NCBI GenBank assembly: GCA_028023455.1
Contig: JAQFVV010000006.1
Span: 2,480,001 to 2,544,000, forward strand
DNA: 64,000 nt
DNA from: Epiperipatus broadwayi
Lineage: Eukaryota; Animalia; Onychophora
Reading direction: 5' to 3'
Below the pieces are notes generated by a model, which made no database searches, was not told where the DNA came from, and saw only the letters and a program-made list of their open reading frames with translations. This document shows positions 38,356-52,009 of the stretch, piece by piece. Numbering within the stretch: position 1 is the stretch's first letter; the number at the start of each line of letters is the position of its first letter. Made by a program: the position numbers and the translations under genes.

Positions 38356-39814
38356 TATAGGAATTATTGAAATATCCATCAGTGATTTACATAATAGCGG
38401 ATACAAAGATTCAGCTCTTATTCACATCTTTAAAACATTCTCTGCTAAAATTTGGAACAGATCTGCTCAATCTGATGAAAATGCCTGGATAACACTTCAT
38501 TAATATGCTTATTTTAATTCACACGCTGTAGTTGTTGCAGTGTGATCTTGTAGATAGACAGGTAAATAAAAATGAATGGCTTTATTGCTCAGGTGCATAT
38601 AAGAAATTTGTCAGAACCCACATTCTGTGATTCTCAAGATTCAAACCTGCCATGGAATTAAACCTATAGATTAATGGGTATATAGGTAAGTTGATTGATA
38701 AGTAAGTAGGAATGTAGATAGCAGATAAGTGGATGGGTGGGTAATTGTCTTGGCATAAATGTATATTGCTTTCACAATAATAACTATTGTAATCTTATTA
38801 CTCTGCTACTGTGTTTAGAAACAGGACAATTAATATAACCATTTTATGTTGATGGGTCATACCAAGACCAAAAACCAGTTGCCAATATGTTTCCACAAAG
38901 ATCTCTCATAAATTATGATGTTCCTGCAACATTTTTGGTCACATTTTTATTTCAGTGGCAGTTTTTCATAAGGTTTCTCTTGCTATAAATTTTATTTTTA
39001 CTATTTGTAATAACAAAATTGATACCAGGTTGAGTTTGAACCCATTTACTATGTTTTTATCATAATTTTCCCCAAGGTTTCTAATATCAAATCCCATTTT
39101 AGTTTGATCATACTTTTTCCACTGGGTTTCTTGTGTCTTAACACATTACCAACTTTTTCCATACATTGGTGCCATCTAGTGCAAGCCATAGTAATTAATG
39201 GATGTTAAAAGCTTTGTGCATCAAAATACCTATTTAGTACTTATTCATCCAGTATCCAAAGAGTTTCTAGCTAGTGGCTTTCATCAGTGAAAAGCCTTGA
39301 ATCTGTGAGCTTTGCACCTAGAGTATATCATGTGATGTTATAGTGTTTTCTTGTGCTATTTTGATTTTGTTTTTGAGTTTAAAGTCCATGTTTTGCACTT
39401 AGAAATTGTTGCTAAACATTTTCCAAAGAAGTTTGAGCATCAGAAGTGATACAGTTGAGCCATGACCCATAGACCTAGAATTTTTGGGCCCCTCTATTAC
39501 TGCAGTAGACATGAAGGGCAAATATAGGAAGGATTCAAAACCGGAAAGTGACTTTGATTAATTAAATACCTTTTTTAAGCCCCAAAGCTGTTTTATTGTT
39601 GTTTAAGTATACATAAATCCTACCAAATGTGCTTCCCTACACCATTTATCCTTTCTTCATTTTAATTTTTTTTATTTCACCATTTTATTCTCATTCACTG
39701 TAACGACTTTAGACAATATAGTTGAGTTTAAAATGTATTTCCAAACCTATCATTAATATAATTTTTTAAACCACTAAACATCGCATGATCACCATTTCTT
39801 ATGCTTGCTCATAA

Positions 39815-40075
39815 CTGTTATTAAAACAGGCAAAACTCTCCATACAGTAGTGCCACTCAGTGCAAGCCATAGTAATCAATGGATGCCAGAAGGCTTGTGC
39901 ATAAAATCCCTATCTAGTGCCTACTCATCCAATATCCCCAGACTAGTTTCTGACTTGTGGCCTTCATCAGTGAGGAGCTTTGGATCTTAGAGCACTGCAC
40001 CTTCTGGCATCCATTGATTATTCTGGCTTGCACTGAGTGGCACTATTGTATGGAGAGTTTTGCCTGTTTTAATAT
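39815..40075. mobile_element. Family-D element with partial inversion; HHR at 39936-39975 (-). Other family-D pieces at 39140-39310, 46470-46545, 50990-51125, 60780-60880 and 61145-61200
   Basis: Minus strand CCTCA CTGATGA AGGC cacaa GTCA GAAA CTAGT C TGGGG. 39995-40075 is an inverted copy of 39820-39900. Confidence 0.8.
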
Positions 40076-40235
40076 AATTTGTTATTGCAAGTCCCAGGTT
40101 TGTTTTAGTTTTTGATTTAATATACTATGTAGATCTTTTAAAAATAAAACTGTGTACAATTTTGCCACTGTTTGATTTTTTTATGTGCAGATTTTGCATT
40201 TTTATATTTTTTTAAAATAATAATTTGGTACTTGT

Positions 40236-40330
40236 CAAGCGTTTGTGGCCAAGTGGTTAGCACAGCAGCCTTACAAGCAGTTGTCCCCGGGATCGCTTCC
40301 TAGCTGAAGCTTTGACACATATAAAAAAAA
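40236..40330 (+). mobile_element. tRNA-Gly-derived SINE
   Basis: gcgtttgtggccaagtggttagcacagcagccttacaagcagttgtccccgggatcgcttcc...ttgacacatat followed by an A-run. Confidence 0.75.
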
Positions 40331-41036
40331 TAATTTGATACTTGATGTATTAGTCTAGCGGTAAGATTTCACGTACATATTACTTCGGCAATATTTATTT
40401 TGAAAAATAAGGACCTATAACTATATTTACTGGAAATAATACAAACATTTACTGCCATGCATTTACATTTTTGTAAGAAATTATCTTCCACCATCTAAAC
40501 TTAAAAAGATTTTTAATTTTGGAAAATGACTACCTACAACTTTATTTAGTGGAAATAAAACAAACGGATTTATGTTTTTTTGCGAGTAATGATCTTCCAA
40601 TAAGTAAACTTTTAATAATCTAAATTTCTTACAAGTGGTAGCCAAGCCAAAGAAAAATAATATACATACATTTAACCGTGCAATTCTGTTCATTCACAAA
40701 ATGTTGTTTCTTAGCGTCACTGATGTGGACTGAACTTTCTTATCTCGAACCATGTTCTGTTACAAATGGCTACTCTCTTTCGACAATCCTGAACAAAACA
40801 CTACCATTGTTTGACCACAAAATTAGCAGCAAACCCAACATTTTGACTAATCACTTTCTCCTATTGGAATATTATCTAATATTTACTTAACAAAATTAAT
40901 TCATTTTTTTAGAAGATTGTAATATGTTTAATTCGGTCTATTATATGTACATTTGTTTCTGCTGGCAACAATAAATTGTATAGACTTTTTAATTCCAGAC
41001 ATTTTTTAAAAAACATTTGTAACCAATATATATTTA

Positions 41037-43853
41037 TAGAAGTTTGTAACCTGCTTTTCTGCACTAATTGTAATTATTTAGTAAATGTTGAAATATTTAA
41101 CAGCCAAACAGATTTGTTTTATAATAAAGAAATTTATTTTGAAACTAAGTGCTTTCAATGCTGAATAGTATCTTAATGATAGCATTACACAATTAAAGAG
41201 AGTTGAGATCTCATATTAAAGTTATTTTGTGTATTATAACATGAATTAGCATAAAGTTGAATTTTTAGGCCAAAATTTATATTCTAGGGATAAAAATGCC
41301 AGCTACAAATGCTATTTTTTAGAAAGAGGGGTGCTAGTGAATTTTTTGTTTATGGCATGCATATCTTTAGCTATTGACCACACCTTTGTCACCTTTCTCT
41401 TTCTGTCAACCCTAGATAGATCAAAATTGTGGCCTGGTTGCAATTTGCAAATTCTGATTCACTGCTTTTCTTGGCCTGGTTGTATAGATAATTGTGGTAG
41501 GCAAGTCTTGGGGATAAGTTAGCTCTCGTTTCTCCATAGTAAGCCTTTAAGCAATTCGACTCTTTGCAATTAATTTTGTACACAATTTGGTGTAAAACCT
41601 CTAGTTATTTTTTAAATTATTTAATAATTTATTTAAAGATAGTGAGCAAAAACTAATATTGTATTTATCAGTACAAATATTTTTTAATTTTCACACAACT
41701 TTAGAAACTTAAAAGACACTAAACCATTTTTTGTCTTCAGATTGGATGTTTACAAGGTTCAAGATTTTGTCGTAAATAGTTAGCGATTATTGAATTCACT
41801 TTTTTAGAATTGTACTCTGTATTAATTAGCTCTTTATTATATACTTCTATTTTTTTTCTTCAATCTGTTTTGAATTTACACAGCTTCCAGTTTCTATTGA
41901 GAAAACCTTTCTGTCTCATATATTTATTGGGAGAAGGGGGTAATAGATTACAATGTATAATTGCCCTTACATTTAAGGGTTTTAAAACTATCCTATAATT
42001 CAAAACATTATTATGTCTAAGGATATCAAGTCTAAAAGTTTTATATTACGATTATGCTTGTCTTACTTCTTAATAATCCAAATTAAAGAAGTCATAAATG
42101 CTAACTCAAGATGAATTTTAGTAATAGTTTCTTCATCTGTATATATTAATATTATTGTCCATGTATCTGGGGTATAAAAATGTTTAGGCAGACACTCAAA
42201 TTTTGGAATAATTTGATTTTTAAATTTGGTCAACTCCACCAAAAGGGAGTCCCATTAGCCAACCATGATTCATTTTATAGGTTTTATGCACATATCTTGT
42301 TACTAATCTAATTTAGTGTATCTATAACAAAATCTTTTTTTCTGAATGTTATATTTGATTTGCTACAGTATTTCCTCTACAACATTAATTAATTCAGTAT
42401 GAGGAACAGACCCATACAATTCTTTGATATTCAGAGGCAATTTTGTGGCCATTATCTATTTTAAGATTTCGATTTTTTCAACAAACTGATAAGTATACAG
42501 CCAAAATCCAGGTAATCTTTAAGCCAGTATATAATAAGTTTATCTATGTTGTAAAAACAAGAGCTACCAAACTCACGTAGAAGTCAAAGTGGAATTTTTT
42601 CCTTGTGGAGCTTTATAATTAGCAAAGATTCAGGGATCAATGACAGCAGATGGATGTATTTTATAATATTCAGAGTTTGACGGTGAAGGTTTTCTTCAAA
42701 TTAAAGCAATAAATTTATCTTTATCTAGCCTTTAAATTGTAATCTTTTACTTCAATAAAACACAAACCACTAATTTGCTGGCTAATTTTTACATCGTACT
42801 CCTGCCTTTTTAATAACAGACCCTATTGTCCCTATCTTCTTTCAAACAAACCAGGTTTTTAATCATTAATAAAATTTCTAACACAATTAATATTGAGTCC
42901 AATTTTAGGGATAAATCGTAAAATATTAGCAGTATTTTCTATGATTCTTTCTTTTTCCGGGTTGATTTCATACTTAGACTCAAAGTCAGCAACTATCCCC
43001 ATTTCAGGGTGGTGCCATTTATCTTGCAAATGTCTAAATCCACAGTTTAAAACGTTCTCTGCTGTCTCCAGAAATTCAACATTCGAAAGGTTGATCCAGC
43101 TTTTATCACTAGCGGGATTTAGAGTCATGTGGTTTTGTTGTCCAGCTAAAAAAAAATTATTTTTTTTAAATATTTTCTTGTTAAACTGATAGCGATGGAG
43201 CTGAACTTTATGTCAATAATTTTGGGAGTTGTATATTCCAGAACCATGTCGGGTCTTCTTACTTTATCAGCTTTCAATGTGCTGGAAATGCTTTTTATTA
43301 TAGAACTTAAGAAAACATCTTTAAGTTCTTCTGATAACCCTTTCTCGCTGGTAAATGAATCTGTTAATTTCAATGTGATAGCATTCTGGTAAATTTTTTA
43401 CTGGAGACATTTTTTAGAAAACGCAAGACATTCTTGCCTTTTTCATGATCTTTATGCAAATTTTCAGCAGAGCATGATAATGGCCATTTTGTACCATAAA
43501 TAAAACAGAAAATATGTAATTCTTTAGAAGTTTGTAACCTGCTTTTCTGCACTAATTGTAATTATTTATTAAATGTTGAAACATTTAATAGCAGAACAGG
43601 TTTGTTTTATAATAAAGAAAGTTATTTTAAAGCTAAGTGCTTTCAATACTGAATAGTATCATAATATAGCATTATACAATTAAAGACAATTGAGAATCCA
43701 TATTAAAGTTATTTTGCATATTATAGTATGAATTAGCATAAAGTTGAATTTTTAGGAGAAAATTTACATTCTAATGATAGGAATGGCAGCTACAAATGCC
43801 ATTTTTTAGAAAGAGGGGTGCTAGTGTCTTTTTTGTTTATGGCATGCATATCT
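41037..43853 (-). mobile_element. Near-full-length decayed Penelope-like element flanked by ~330-bp direct pseudo-LTRs (41037-41366, 43525-43853)
   Basis: Minus-strand order: N-terminal motif SWINLSNVEF...VLNCGF (42859-43128), RT remnants (KLHKEKIPL, LYGSVP, GWLMGLP, RYMDN at 42154-42168), then GIY-YIG VYKINCKESNCLKAYYGETRANL (41389-41583). Each pLTR holds an HHR-like motif. Confidence 0.85.
43630..43673 (-). ncRNA. Decayed variant hammerhead (A3/U8 core) in PLE pLTR; second copy 41143-41186 (-)
   Basis: GCT AT-ATTA T GATACT attc AGTATT GAAA GCACT T AGC. The other copy reads ATCATTA A. Confidence 0.55.
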
Positions 43854-44694
43854 GTTGTTAAATGTTTCAACATGTACTAAATAACCAATATATATATATA
43901 TGATTATTTTTATCATCTAATATTAACTGTTAAGCATGCTTAGAAAAAGTAATATTGGATGATGGAAATAGTCTAAGGATAGAATTACAACTTAAGTACT
44001 ATCATCACAAATTTTCAAACAGATAGTATATATATAATGAAATCTGATCATATATCAGCTCTAAATACCAAGTTTTAAGTATTTATTGTTTAGGGACCAA
44101 ATGCATGAAAATATTTATGGAGCATGCAAATTTTACCCAACAATGGATATGTATGATGATTGGAATTATGCAAACAGATTTCATAATATATTTATAGATA
44201 TATTTATCTGATTATTATATATGTGCATGTGTGCATGAAACAGGTATTAAATAGTCTACTGTAAAGTAAGGCCTTTTGAGAAAACTTTTCAAGAAATTAG
44301 AGAGAAGATGCTTTTAGCAATCTGGCTTTTTAGCAGTTTATAATGATACTTTTAGTCTAATAATTAACCAGGTTTTAATTAACAAAAGATAATTAGTAGA
44401 TTATCTATGGGCCAGCTACATGAAAGAAGATATTCAAAATCAGAGAAATTTTCCATAACTTATGTTTAGCATCATATAAAGTTCATTATAAATGGGGGGG
44501 TTTGCTTGCAAATAAAAAGTTAAACATTTTAAATAACCCATAATGGTTTGACAGATTTTTCTGTGACATTTTGAAATTAATTGTGAGGTTAAAGTCATTG
44601 CAGCCTGGGCTATTCAGCTATTCCCTAACTAAGAGCAACTAGATATCTATATATTGACTGATATGATTGGGTTGTGCTAATCTGTCATAAGGCT

Positions 44695-44726
<32 letters not shown>

Positions 44727-45629
44727 AAATGTATTTTAATAAGTACATAGCATTTAAAAACTATGTCAAGTACCTATTTAAAACTTTCACAAAAGTAGGC
44801 TGTGATCGCATTATCATATTTGACCATTTTAGATGGCCTGATGATGCTGTGATCATTACTTCCTGTACGTTGTTTTAAAGCATTGTATATGTTAAATTAC
44901 AGTGTGCTACAGGTTGCAGCAATTATTTCTAAGAAGCTTCCATTTGTTATGTATTAATTTTAAAATAAATTCCAAAAGATGTCATCAGCAATATACAGAC
45001 TTTTACGGACCTTTATCTACGACTGACAGCATGTTCTGTTGTTCTGACAACATTATGCAAGAGGTGGTGATTTGTGATTGGCTGATACTTTAGATTCATT
45101 TTTCCTGCAACTAAATGCCACAAAAAAATTGGATTTTCAATAATTTTTAATGACTATGATACAATATTTTTGTAAAAGATGTATTATTAAACCAAAAACT
45201 ATGTCACTAGGGGGGTTTGTCTTTGAAAACATTTTATTTTTAAAAAGACAGCTCTTAGTATATGACATACTTTACAACCTGAAATTGCCACAGAAGTAGC
45301 CATTAGAGGCTACAAAGAAAATCATTTTTGTAAAAACTGTAAGTAAAATATTTCAATAACAATTAATAATTTATTAACTTTTAGAATTTTTTTTGTTTCT
45401 TTGATGATAACTAATTCTAAATATACAATTTTTAATAACATAAAATCCTAATATCTAATATTTCATTCTTTTAACTTTTTTGAATAGATATTGGGAAGCC
45501 AATATGTTTTCTTTCTTTTGTTATCAGTAAGATCTTCAATTAGATACTTATTTTCACAATTTTAAAATATTAATTTTTTAGGTTTTAGAATTTTAGTTAA
45601 TAGAAGGCTTAAATATTTATAATATAGCC

Positions 45630-46166
45630 CAGGGGTCGGAAAATAGTGGCCCGAGGGCTACATGTGGCCCACTAAGAGTTTTTATATGGCCCACCAAGAC
45701 AATCAAAAAAATCCATGTTGAACTGAGATTTCCTTCCCATGTGTGACTGAAGATTCGTCTCATATTTTTCACTAGAATGGTCACATCAATACACATGTGC
45801 AATGCTTTCCATTTGATCTGGTTAATTTCAATTTTGTCTTTGCATTAGCAAATATGTACATTTCCAACTTTAGTGAAACCAAGAACCCTCTGAAAAAATG
45901 TAAAATTGGTGATGAATGTTGTGTGTTTAATGAAGAATGTACAAACAAATATTTCTTTGATAATACAGGGAATAAAGCAGTGTGTTTATTGTGTATGAAA
46001 AAAAGGTGTGGCCTCCACTAACCTTCAGTTCCACAAAGTGGCCCCTGATGTGGCCCTCTCCCAACCTTTGTGGCTCCCCGATGCAGCCTCCCAACCTTTG
46101 TGGCCCCCCGATGTGGCCCTCTTCCAACCTTTGTGGCCCCCAAGCCAAAACAATTGCCCACCCCTG
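45630..46166 (+). mobile_element. Non-autonomous Buster/SPIN-type hAT derivative with internal GC-rich ~33-36-bp minisatellite
   Basis: Perfect 8-bp TSD atatagcc. TIRs CAGGGGTCGG / CAGGGGTGGG. ORF 45797-46021 KKCKIGDECCVFNEECTNKYFF...KAVCLLC is a SPIN-like N-terminus. Confidence 0.9.
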
Positions 46167-46599
46167 ATATAGCCTATAAATAAATGTTGTAATATATGTA
46201 AAAAATAAAGATTTAATTGCACAAAAAAAATCGAACATGGTCTCATAGTAAAAATATTCATCACTAGAGTCTATTCAAGAGTTGACCTGAAAGAATTAAA
46301 GAAATCAAGTTGCTGGAAACATATTTAGGGCCATTAGCATGTGCCACTCTCTGTACTTTTGAGGCTATATGGTTGAAATATAAGAGCAAATCATTAATTA
46401 AGAATATAATGATGGTCCATAAATATAAAAAAGTGGGTGGTTATCATATATATGAATAAATAATGTTATTAAAAACAGGCAAGACTCTCCATACAGTAGT
46501 GCTATTCAGTGCAAACAAGAGTAATCAATGGGTGCCAGAAGGGTTGTTTTTATTACATTGAAAATCTGTATCCCGTTAAATAAATCACAGTTATTTCTA

Positions 46600-46890
46600 G
46601 CATATTAGAAGCTGTAGATCCTGTCCACAATTATGAGAATTACCTCAAAGACATTCTGAAGAAGTGCAATATCAATAGTTCCATTGGGAAGATATGGTAG
46701 AGAATAGAATATATCAGAGAACTACAATTAGATATGGTGTTAAAGTATTTCTGGACGAAAAGTATTTTGCTGGGGAGATTAAAAGATGGCATCACAAAAT
46801 ATCAAGTAAACAAAAAATGGATCTGTATGTTCTCTATATGTGGCATATTTGTGGTTTGCAGATTGATTTGTATAATCATTGCAAAACTTT
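46600..46890 (+). mobile_element. 3' end of an RTE/BovB-like LINE
   Basis: LKDILKKCNIN / HWEDMVENR...RYGVKVF...YVLYMWHICGLQIDLYNHC resembles the RTE C-terminal C..CGR.C.SRIGLYSH region. Confidence 0.6.
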
Positions 46891-47489
46891 TTTAGAATAG
46901 TTTTTTGTCTTGGGGGGGTGGTGGAATGGGTGTACTTATTTTTGATTGGTTGTTTATTGTTATCATTAAAAAACATTAATAACTATTTATGGATTTAGTA
47001 AAATGATAATTACTTTACATGTCTTTATCCTTTGTTAATGTTTATCAATAATGATTATATCAGCACTAGGAATAATAATGTTTAATTATAATTGATGCAT
47101 GTATGTATTTTTCAGGTATTAGTTCAAAGAAATGTTTTCACATTGTGTATTAGAAACAAATTGGTTTGGGACCCTTATTAGACTATACTGAGAGCATAAT
47201 AATTTAAAAATTATATACACTAGGCTATCAATAAAAAATTCACAAGAAATAGAATAGTGCAGTTACAAAACAATAGAGGGCAATCATGTAACTGAGTGCA
47301 TGAGACAAGGAAATATCTGACAGGTAATTTATGATGCCATTCAATAAGAGGTCACACAAAATTTAGACATTAAATTTCTTTATCTAGTACTGAGCTGTCG
47401 AAAATGTGGTATGTGGGAACATGCAACTCATGGTAAGGATTTGTGTGGCCTAGATGTTTTGATCTTTTTCTATCGCTAACCATTAATCT

Positions 47490-47595
47490 TTTTTTTTTAA
47501 ATGTCATAGCATCAGCCGGGACACGAGCCTGCAACCCGGGCAACTGCCTGCAAGTGCAATGCAGTCGCGTTGACCTCTTGACCACCAATGCAAGA
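47490..47595 (-). mobile_element. tRNA-Gly-derived SINE
   Basis: tgtcatagcatcagccgggacacgagcc...gacctcttgaccaccaatgc, same subtype as 3415 and 54170. Confidence 0.8.
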
Positions 47596-48234
47596 CAAAC
47601 CCATCTTGATGTTGATATTATCATGTGATGTTTTACATCACTGTATATCCATGGGTTTTTTTCAAATATAAGATGTGTGAAAGAAGCAAATATGCACGGT
47701 TTTGATCCAACATCCTTGCATTGGGAGGGGTGCATCTCATTACTATGTAATTAGTTCTGTTTCATTATAGTTGTTCTGTTTAACTACCGAAGTTGTGTTA
47801 CTATTGCTCAAATATGCATTGTGATTTTTTTGTGATATCTTTAATAATCTGCTTCTATATTTATTATTTTGTATAAAGTTTTTGAATTACTTGTGGTTGG
47901 ATAGCCTTGCTTTAATATTTTCTTAAACTGTGGATAATTAGCCTGAACATATGGAGGTGAGAGGGAGCACTGCACATTCAATAGTAACACCATTTTGTCA
48001 TTTGTTGCTTCTAAAGTTTTTGCCTCAGAATAGAAAGGTTTTGAAATCATTGTTGCTTTTTGCTCCATTAGGGAAATTTGCTGCACATCCATAAAAGTAA
48101 ATTCTAAATGCTGAGTGCCTTTAATCTAAGCCATTTTAAAAGCTTAATATTCTTCTTTTAATTCTTACTTTTAAAAAGTGAAACAAAGGTGTGACTGCTT
48201 TTTTGAAGATTCAAGTGTTATGTAACCTCTGAAT

Positions 48235-49040
48235 GTGACCAGGTGGAGAATGCACTTCAAAGATAATATGTAATGTAAATTTCACTGCAGAAATATTGTT
48301 GATTAAGTGGATAATCTCTAATCTAGTGAATGACTACTAAAACTTATTAATATACTTTCATCAAATTGTTTGTGTCAAAGTTGTGATGGCAGTAAGTTTG
48401 ACACTTATCAGTGAAAGAGTAGTAATTGACTGCCTATATATACTGAACAATGATAAAGATATGTATGGCAGATTGTGATCTGAACCAACTGATACTGCTG
48501 TTTGAGCATAAAATATGCATTTTGGGGAGTCATACTTTTTTCACATATCTTTGGTCATACATTTATGATTACATCTCCTTCAAAAGATGTTAAAAAGCGG
48601 GTAGAAAACTGTTCCTATTTTATGTGAGAATAGTGAAGTGAAAATTACACTACAGAAATGTTATTCATTAAGTGGATAATCTCTAGTCTAATGAATGACT
48701 AATAAAAGTTATTAATATACTGCCATCAAGTCGTTTGGGTCAAAGTTGTGAGGGCAGAGAGTTTGACACTTGTCAATTAAACTGTAATAATTCCCTATAT
48801 ATATTAAACAATGACAAAGACGTGTAAGAGATTGTGATCTGGGTCAATTGATGAGTGCTGGTCAACATGAAATGTGCATCTTGTAAATCATGCGTCTTGT
48901 TCTTTGGTCATATGTTTCTGTTTACACCACAAGGTGTTAAAAGCAAATAGAAAATATTCCCTACTTTGCTTGAGAGTGATGTAATGAAAATTATACTACA
49001 GAAATATTCAGTATTGGATAATATCTTGTCCAATGAATGA
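48235..49040 (+). mobile_element. Retrozyme-like ~359-bp tandem unit (~2.2 copies); decayed HHRs at ~48485-48527 and ~48844-48885
   Basis: Direct repeat with period 359, homologous to 7255-7870. CAA TTGATGA GTGCTG gtcaACAT GAAA TGTGCAT C TTG. Confidence 0.75.
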
Positions 49041-49986
49041 CTAACAAAAAATTTATGAATGTAGTTTCTAAGACCTTCGATTGGAGAAATTTGAATGATA
49101 ATTGTCGTGTATCTCTATATATTATACATCAAATGAAGTGTTACCTTCTGTTCTTTGTGTCTACAAAATAATAGTAAATGAATTGATTTTCATTTATATA
49201 TTATTCATTATTTTTCTAATATTTGTATTTTTTGCTTTCAATTATTTTGAAAGTAGCTTTTAATTATTTATCGTTTTATTCTTTTTCTTTTTAAAACTTC
49301 ACTGTCGGTTGTGAATAATTTATATGCTTAAATTTTGCCGTCTTTTTTATTTTCTTTTATTATTATTTTTGTGTGTGTTTTTTTTTTAATTAAATTTTTA
49401 TTTTATTTTTACTTTTAACAAAAGAAAGAAAACTGTTAGTATTTTTTTATTTTTATAATTAATTGCGATTTTTTTTAATCGGTTTTTTTTAATGGAATAA
49501 TAATCGGAATATGGATTTTTTTAATGGAATAATAATCGGAATATGGATTTTTTTACAGGTGATATAAAAATAGCTTTAGCGTTAAGGTCACTCATTAAAT
49601 AATTCAGGTACCAGAGGTGATCGCTAGTCCACGATCCACAGACCTTGAAGTCCAAAGTCACTACAATTGCACCAAGCCAAGTTTCTGTTTTATTGATCCC
49701 GTAAATGATATTTTATTTCAGCTATCTGCTGTGTAATAAATTTTACAATAGAGGTTTTGTATATAATTTGTCTTAACAGTTAAGTTCTTGGCAATTTTAT
49801 TAACTTGATTCAACAAATGTACTTTTTTTTTCTCAGTGATGAAAGTTTATTCATCAAAAAAAAACAAAAAAAACAGATACAAATACAGTTAGAAAAAGGT
49901 TTACAAGGGAGTGATTATATGATAAATTGAAATTTCAGAAGCAACATGGAAAGAGGGGAAGGATACATGTGAAAAGGGAGTGGAAA

Positions 49987-50165
49987 GGGGAAACGGTGTG
50001 TAGTCCAGGCCAGTCCGTGATGCATGTCTTCATTGGACATTGAGTCCTATGACAGAGGCTGAGAGGATGGGAGTTGGGGAAACGGTGTGTAGTCCAGGCC
50101 AGTCCGTGATGCATGTCTTCATTGGACATTGAGTCCTATGATAGAGGCTGAGAGGATGGGAGTTG
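49987..50165. repeat. GC-rich near-perfect tandem duplication, period 89 bp
   Basis: ggggaaacggtgtgtagtccagg...gagaggatgggagtt occurs twice, with one difference seen. Confidence 0.9.
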
Positions 50166-52009
50166 GAGGATTGCCCAAGTGTCTGTGAGGATTGGAGGTG
50201 GGGCTAGTTTGGTATCTTTCAACAAATATACTTATTTATCAATTAATAATAAATGTAAGGTAATGGCACTTGTGAATCTTCAAGTAAACCAAGACGGCAT
50301 CCCGTATTTTTGGTAAATATACAGTTTTGAGGGCCTATAATCTACCGAAGATGTGTTCATTGTTAAATTAAAATAAATTTAATAAAACCATCGTTAAATT
50401 TTAAAGAAAGGAGTAAATTCCAATAAATTTTATTAAGAAGCTTTATTTCAATTTTTTTTTACTTATAACGCAACGAGATACTCTTCACATTGTCCTACTT
50501 TGATTTATTCAGTCTGTTTCTTTTTGTCCAACGGTTTTTTGATAAATTGTCATAATGATAAAAATTTGAAACCTTCCTCTCACAGAACTTGATATAGTGG
50601 ACTATTTCCAAGATATGTATTGTGCCCTTTCAAAAAGTATGCTCTAATAGTCACAAATGCTTGCACAGCCCTGCTATGAATAAAATGTATATTTTGTATT
50701 TATATATATATATTCCATTTTTCTGTTAATAAGTTAATCCTGAAAAAAATGTAAATATGAAATACTATGTTTCCTAACAGGTATTTTTTGTAAACATTTT
50801 TGGTGGTCCCCCCTGAAATTGTAGATTTATCAAAAAATGCAGGCTGCCATCTTGGTTTACTTGAAAACTCATAAGTACCAAGTCAGTCTTATAATTATCA
50901 AAACATCACATGATCTCCATTTCATATGCTTGCACATGCTATTTGTGTATGCGATGCAATGCACTGTGGCGTCTCCTTTTCCAGAGTCAGGAATCTCTCA
51001 ACCGCTAAGTACCAAACTCTCCATACAGTAGCTCCACCAAGTGCATCCATTGATTATGAAAGCTTGTACTTGTTAGCATTACCGTATAGAGAGTTTGGCA
51101 GTCTTATAATTGTGTCTGCCTTTCTGTGAAATACACCCTCAAATTATAATACATCTTTGTACTTGCTTGCCATTATACCATGGGCAATAGATTATGGCAA
51201 TCCAATCACTTCTGGTTCTTAGTTATTTTATAAACTATCAAATTGTAAACCATTCTATTATTTTTGCCCTACATGGTTTGGGACAGTACTGTATTGTCAG
51301 ACTCTGAAACTCAAGATCTATAGATCACAATCTAGCTCTGGCATCTTTAGTGTCCAAACGTTTTACGATCTCCTGAGCAATAGTTTACTTGATTATTGTA
51401 ATGCAATTTCAATCCCCTTTTATAGGCATGCAGTGAGATATGATTGTGTGAATTTAATAGCATTTACTCTCTCAAATTACCATGCATGTTTGTGATTTAA
51501 TTATGCATTGACCATGAAATCGCATTTCCTGTAGGAAGTGTATTTATAATCCAAGCACCATTGATGACCTTGCTTTGTGAAGATTTGGTTAATCCTTTTG
51601 CCGAGTAACTGAATGCTTAACTTACATTTAACCATTTAAAAATCTTATTTAAGGTTTTGTACTACTGTTATGGTGAGTAATGAATACCTCCTCTCTATAT
51701 CATGGACACAGTCAGATATGCAGTAGTCTCTCCACCATTTATCATGACTCTGGCCACATTCACTATAGCCATATTCATAATTTCACTCATCCACAATTCA
51801 AAAAAAATATTAATTAAAGAAAACAAATATTAATAAGAAGGAAATTGTATTTATTTATGTTTTAATTTTATTTTAAGTGCATATACAGTTTGATCATTTA
51901 CATGTATGTGTATATATGTTAGATACATTTATTTCATATCCAAATGTATATTTTAAAGCATTTTCGATGCTCAACATCCGTGTCTACGGCCACCATTATT
52001 TTCAAAATA

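Noticed and set aside
44836-44860. Isolated CTGATGA here, at ~20270 and in the antisense of the family-A body
   Set aside because: No helix II plus GAAA follows; expected by chance.
44830-45093. Two-exon coding segment (WPDDAVIITS...)
   Set aside because: The implied intron is only ~38 nt and the peptide is unrecognisable.
46010-46145. CRISPR-like array
   Set aside because: Eukaryotic context, no unique spacers; it is a minisatellite inside a hAT element.
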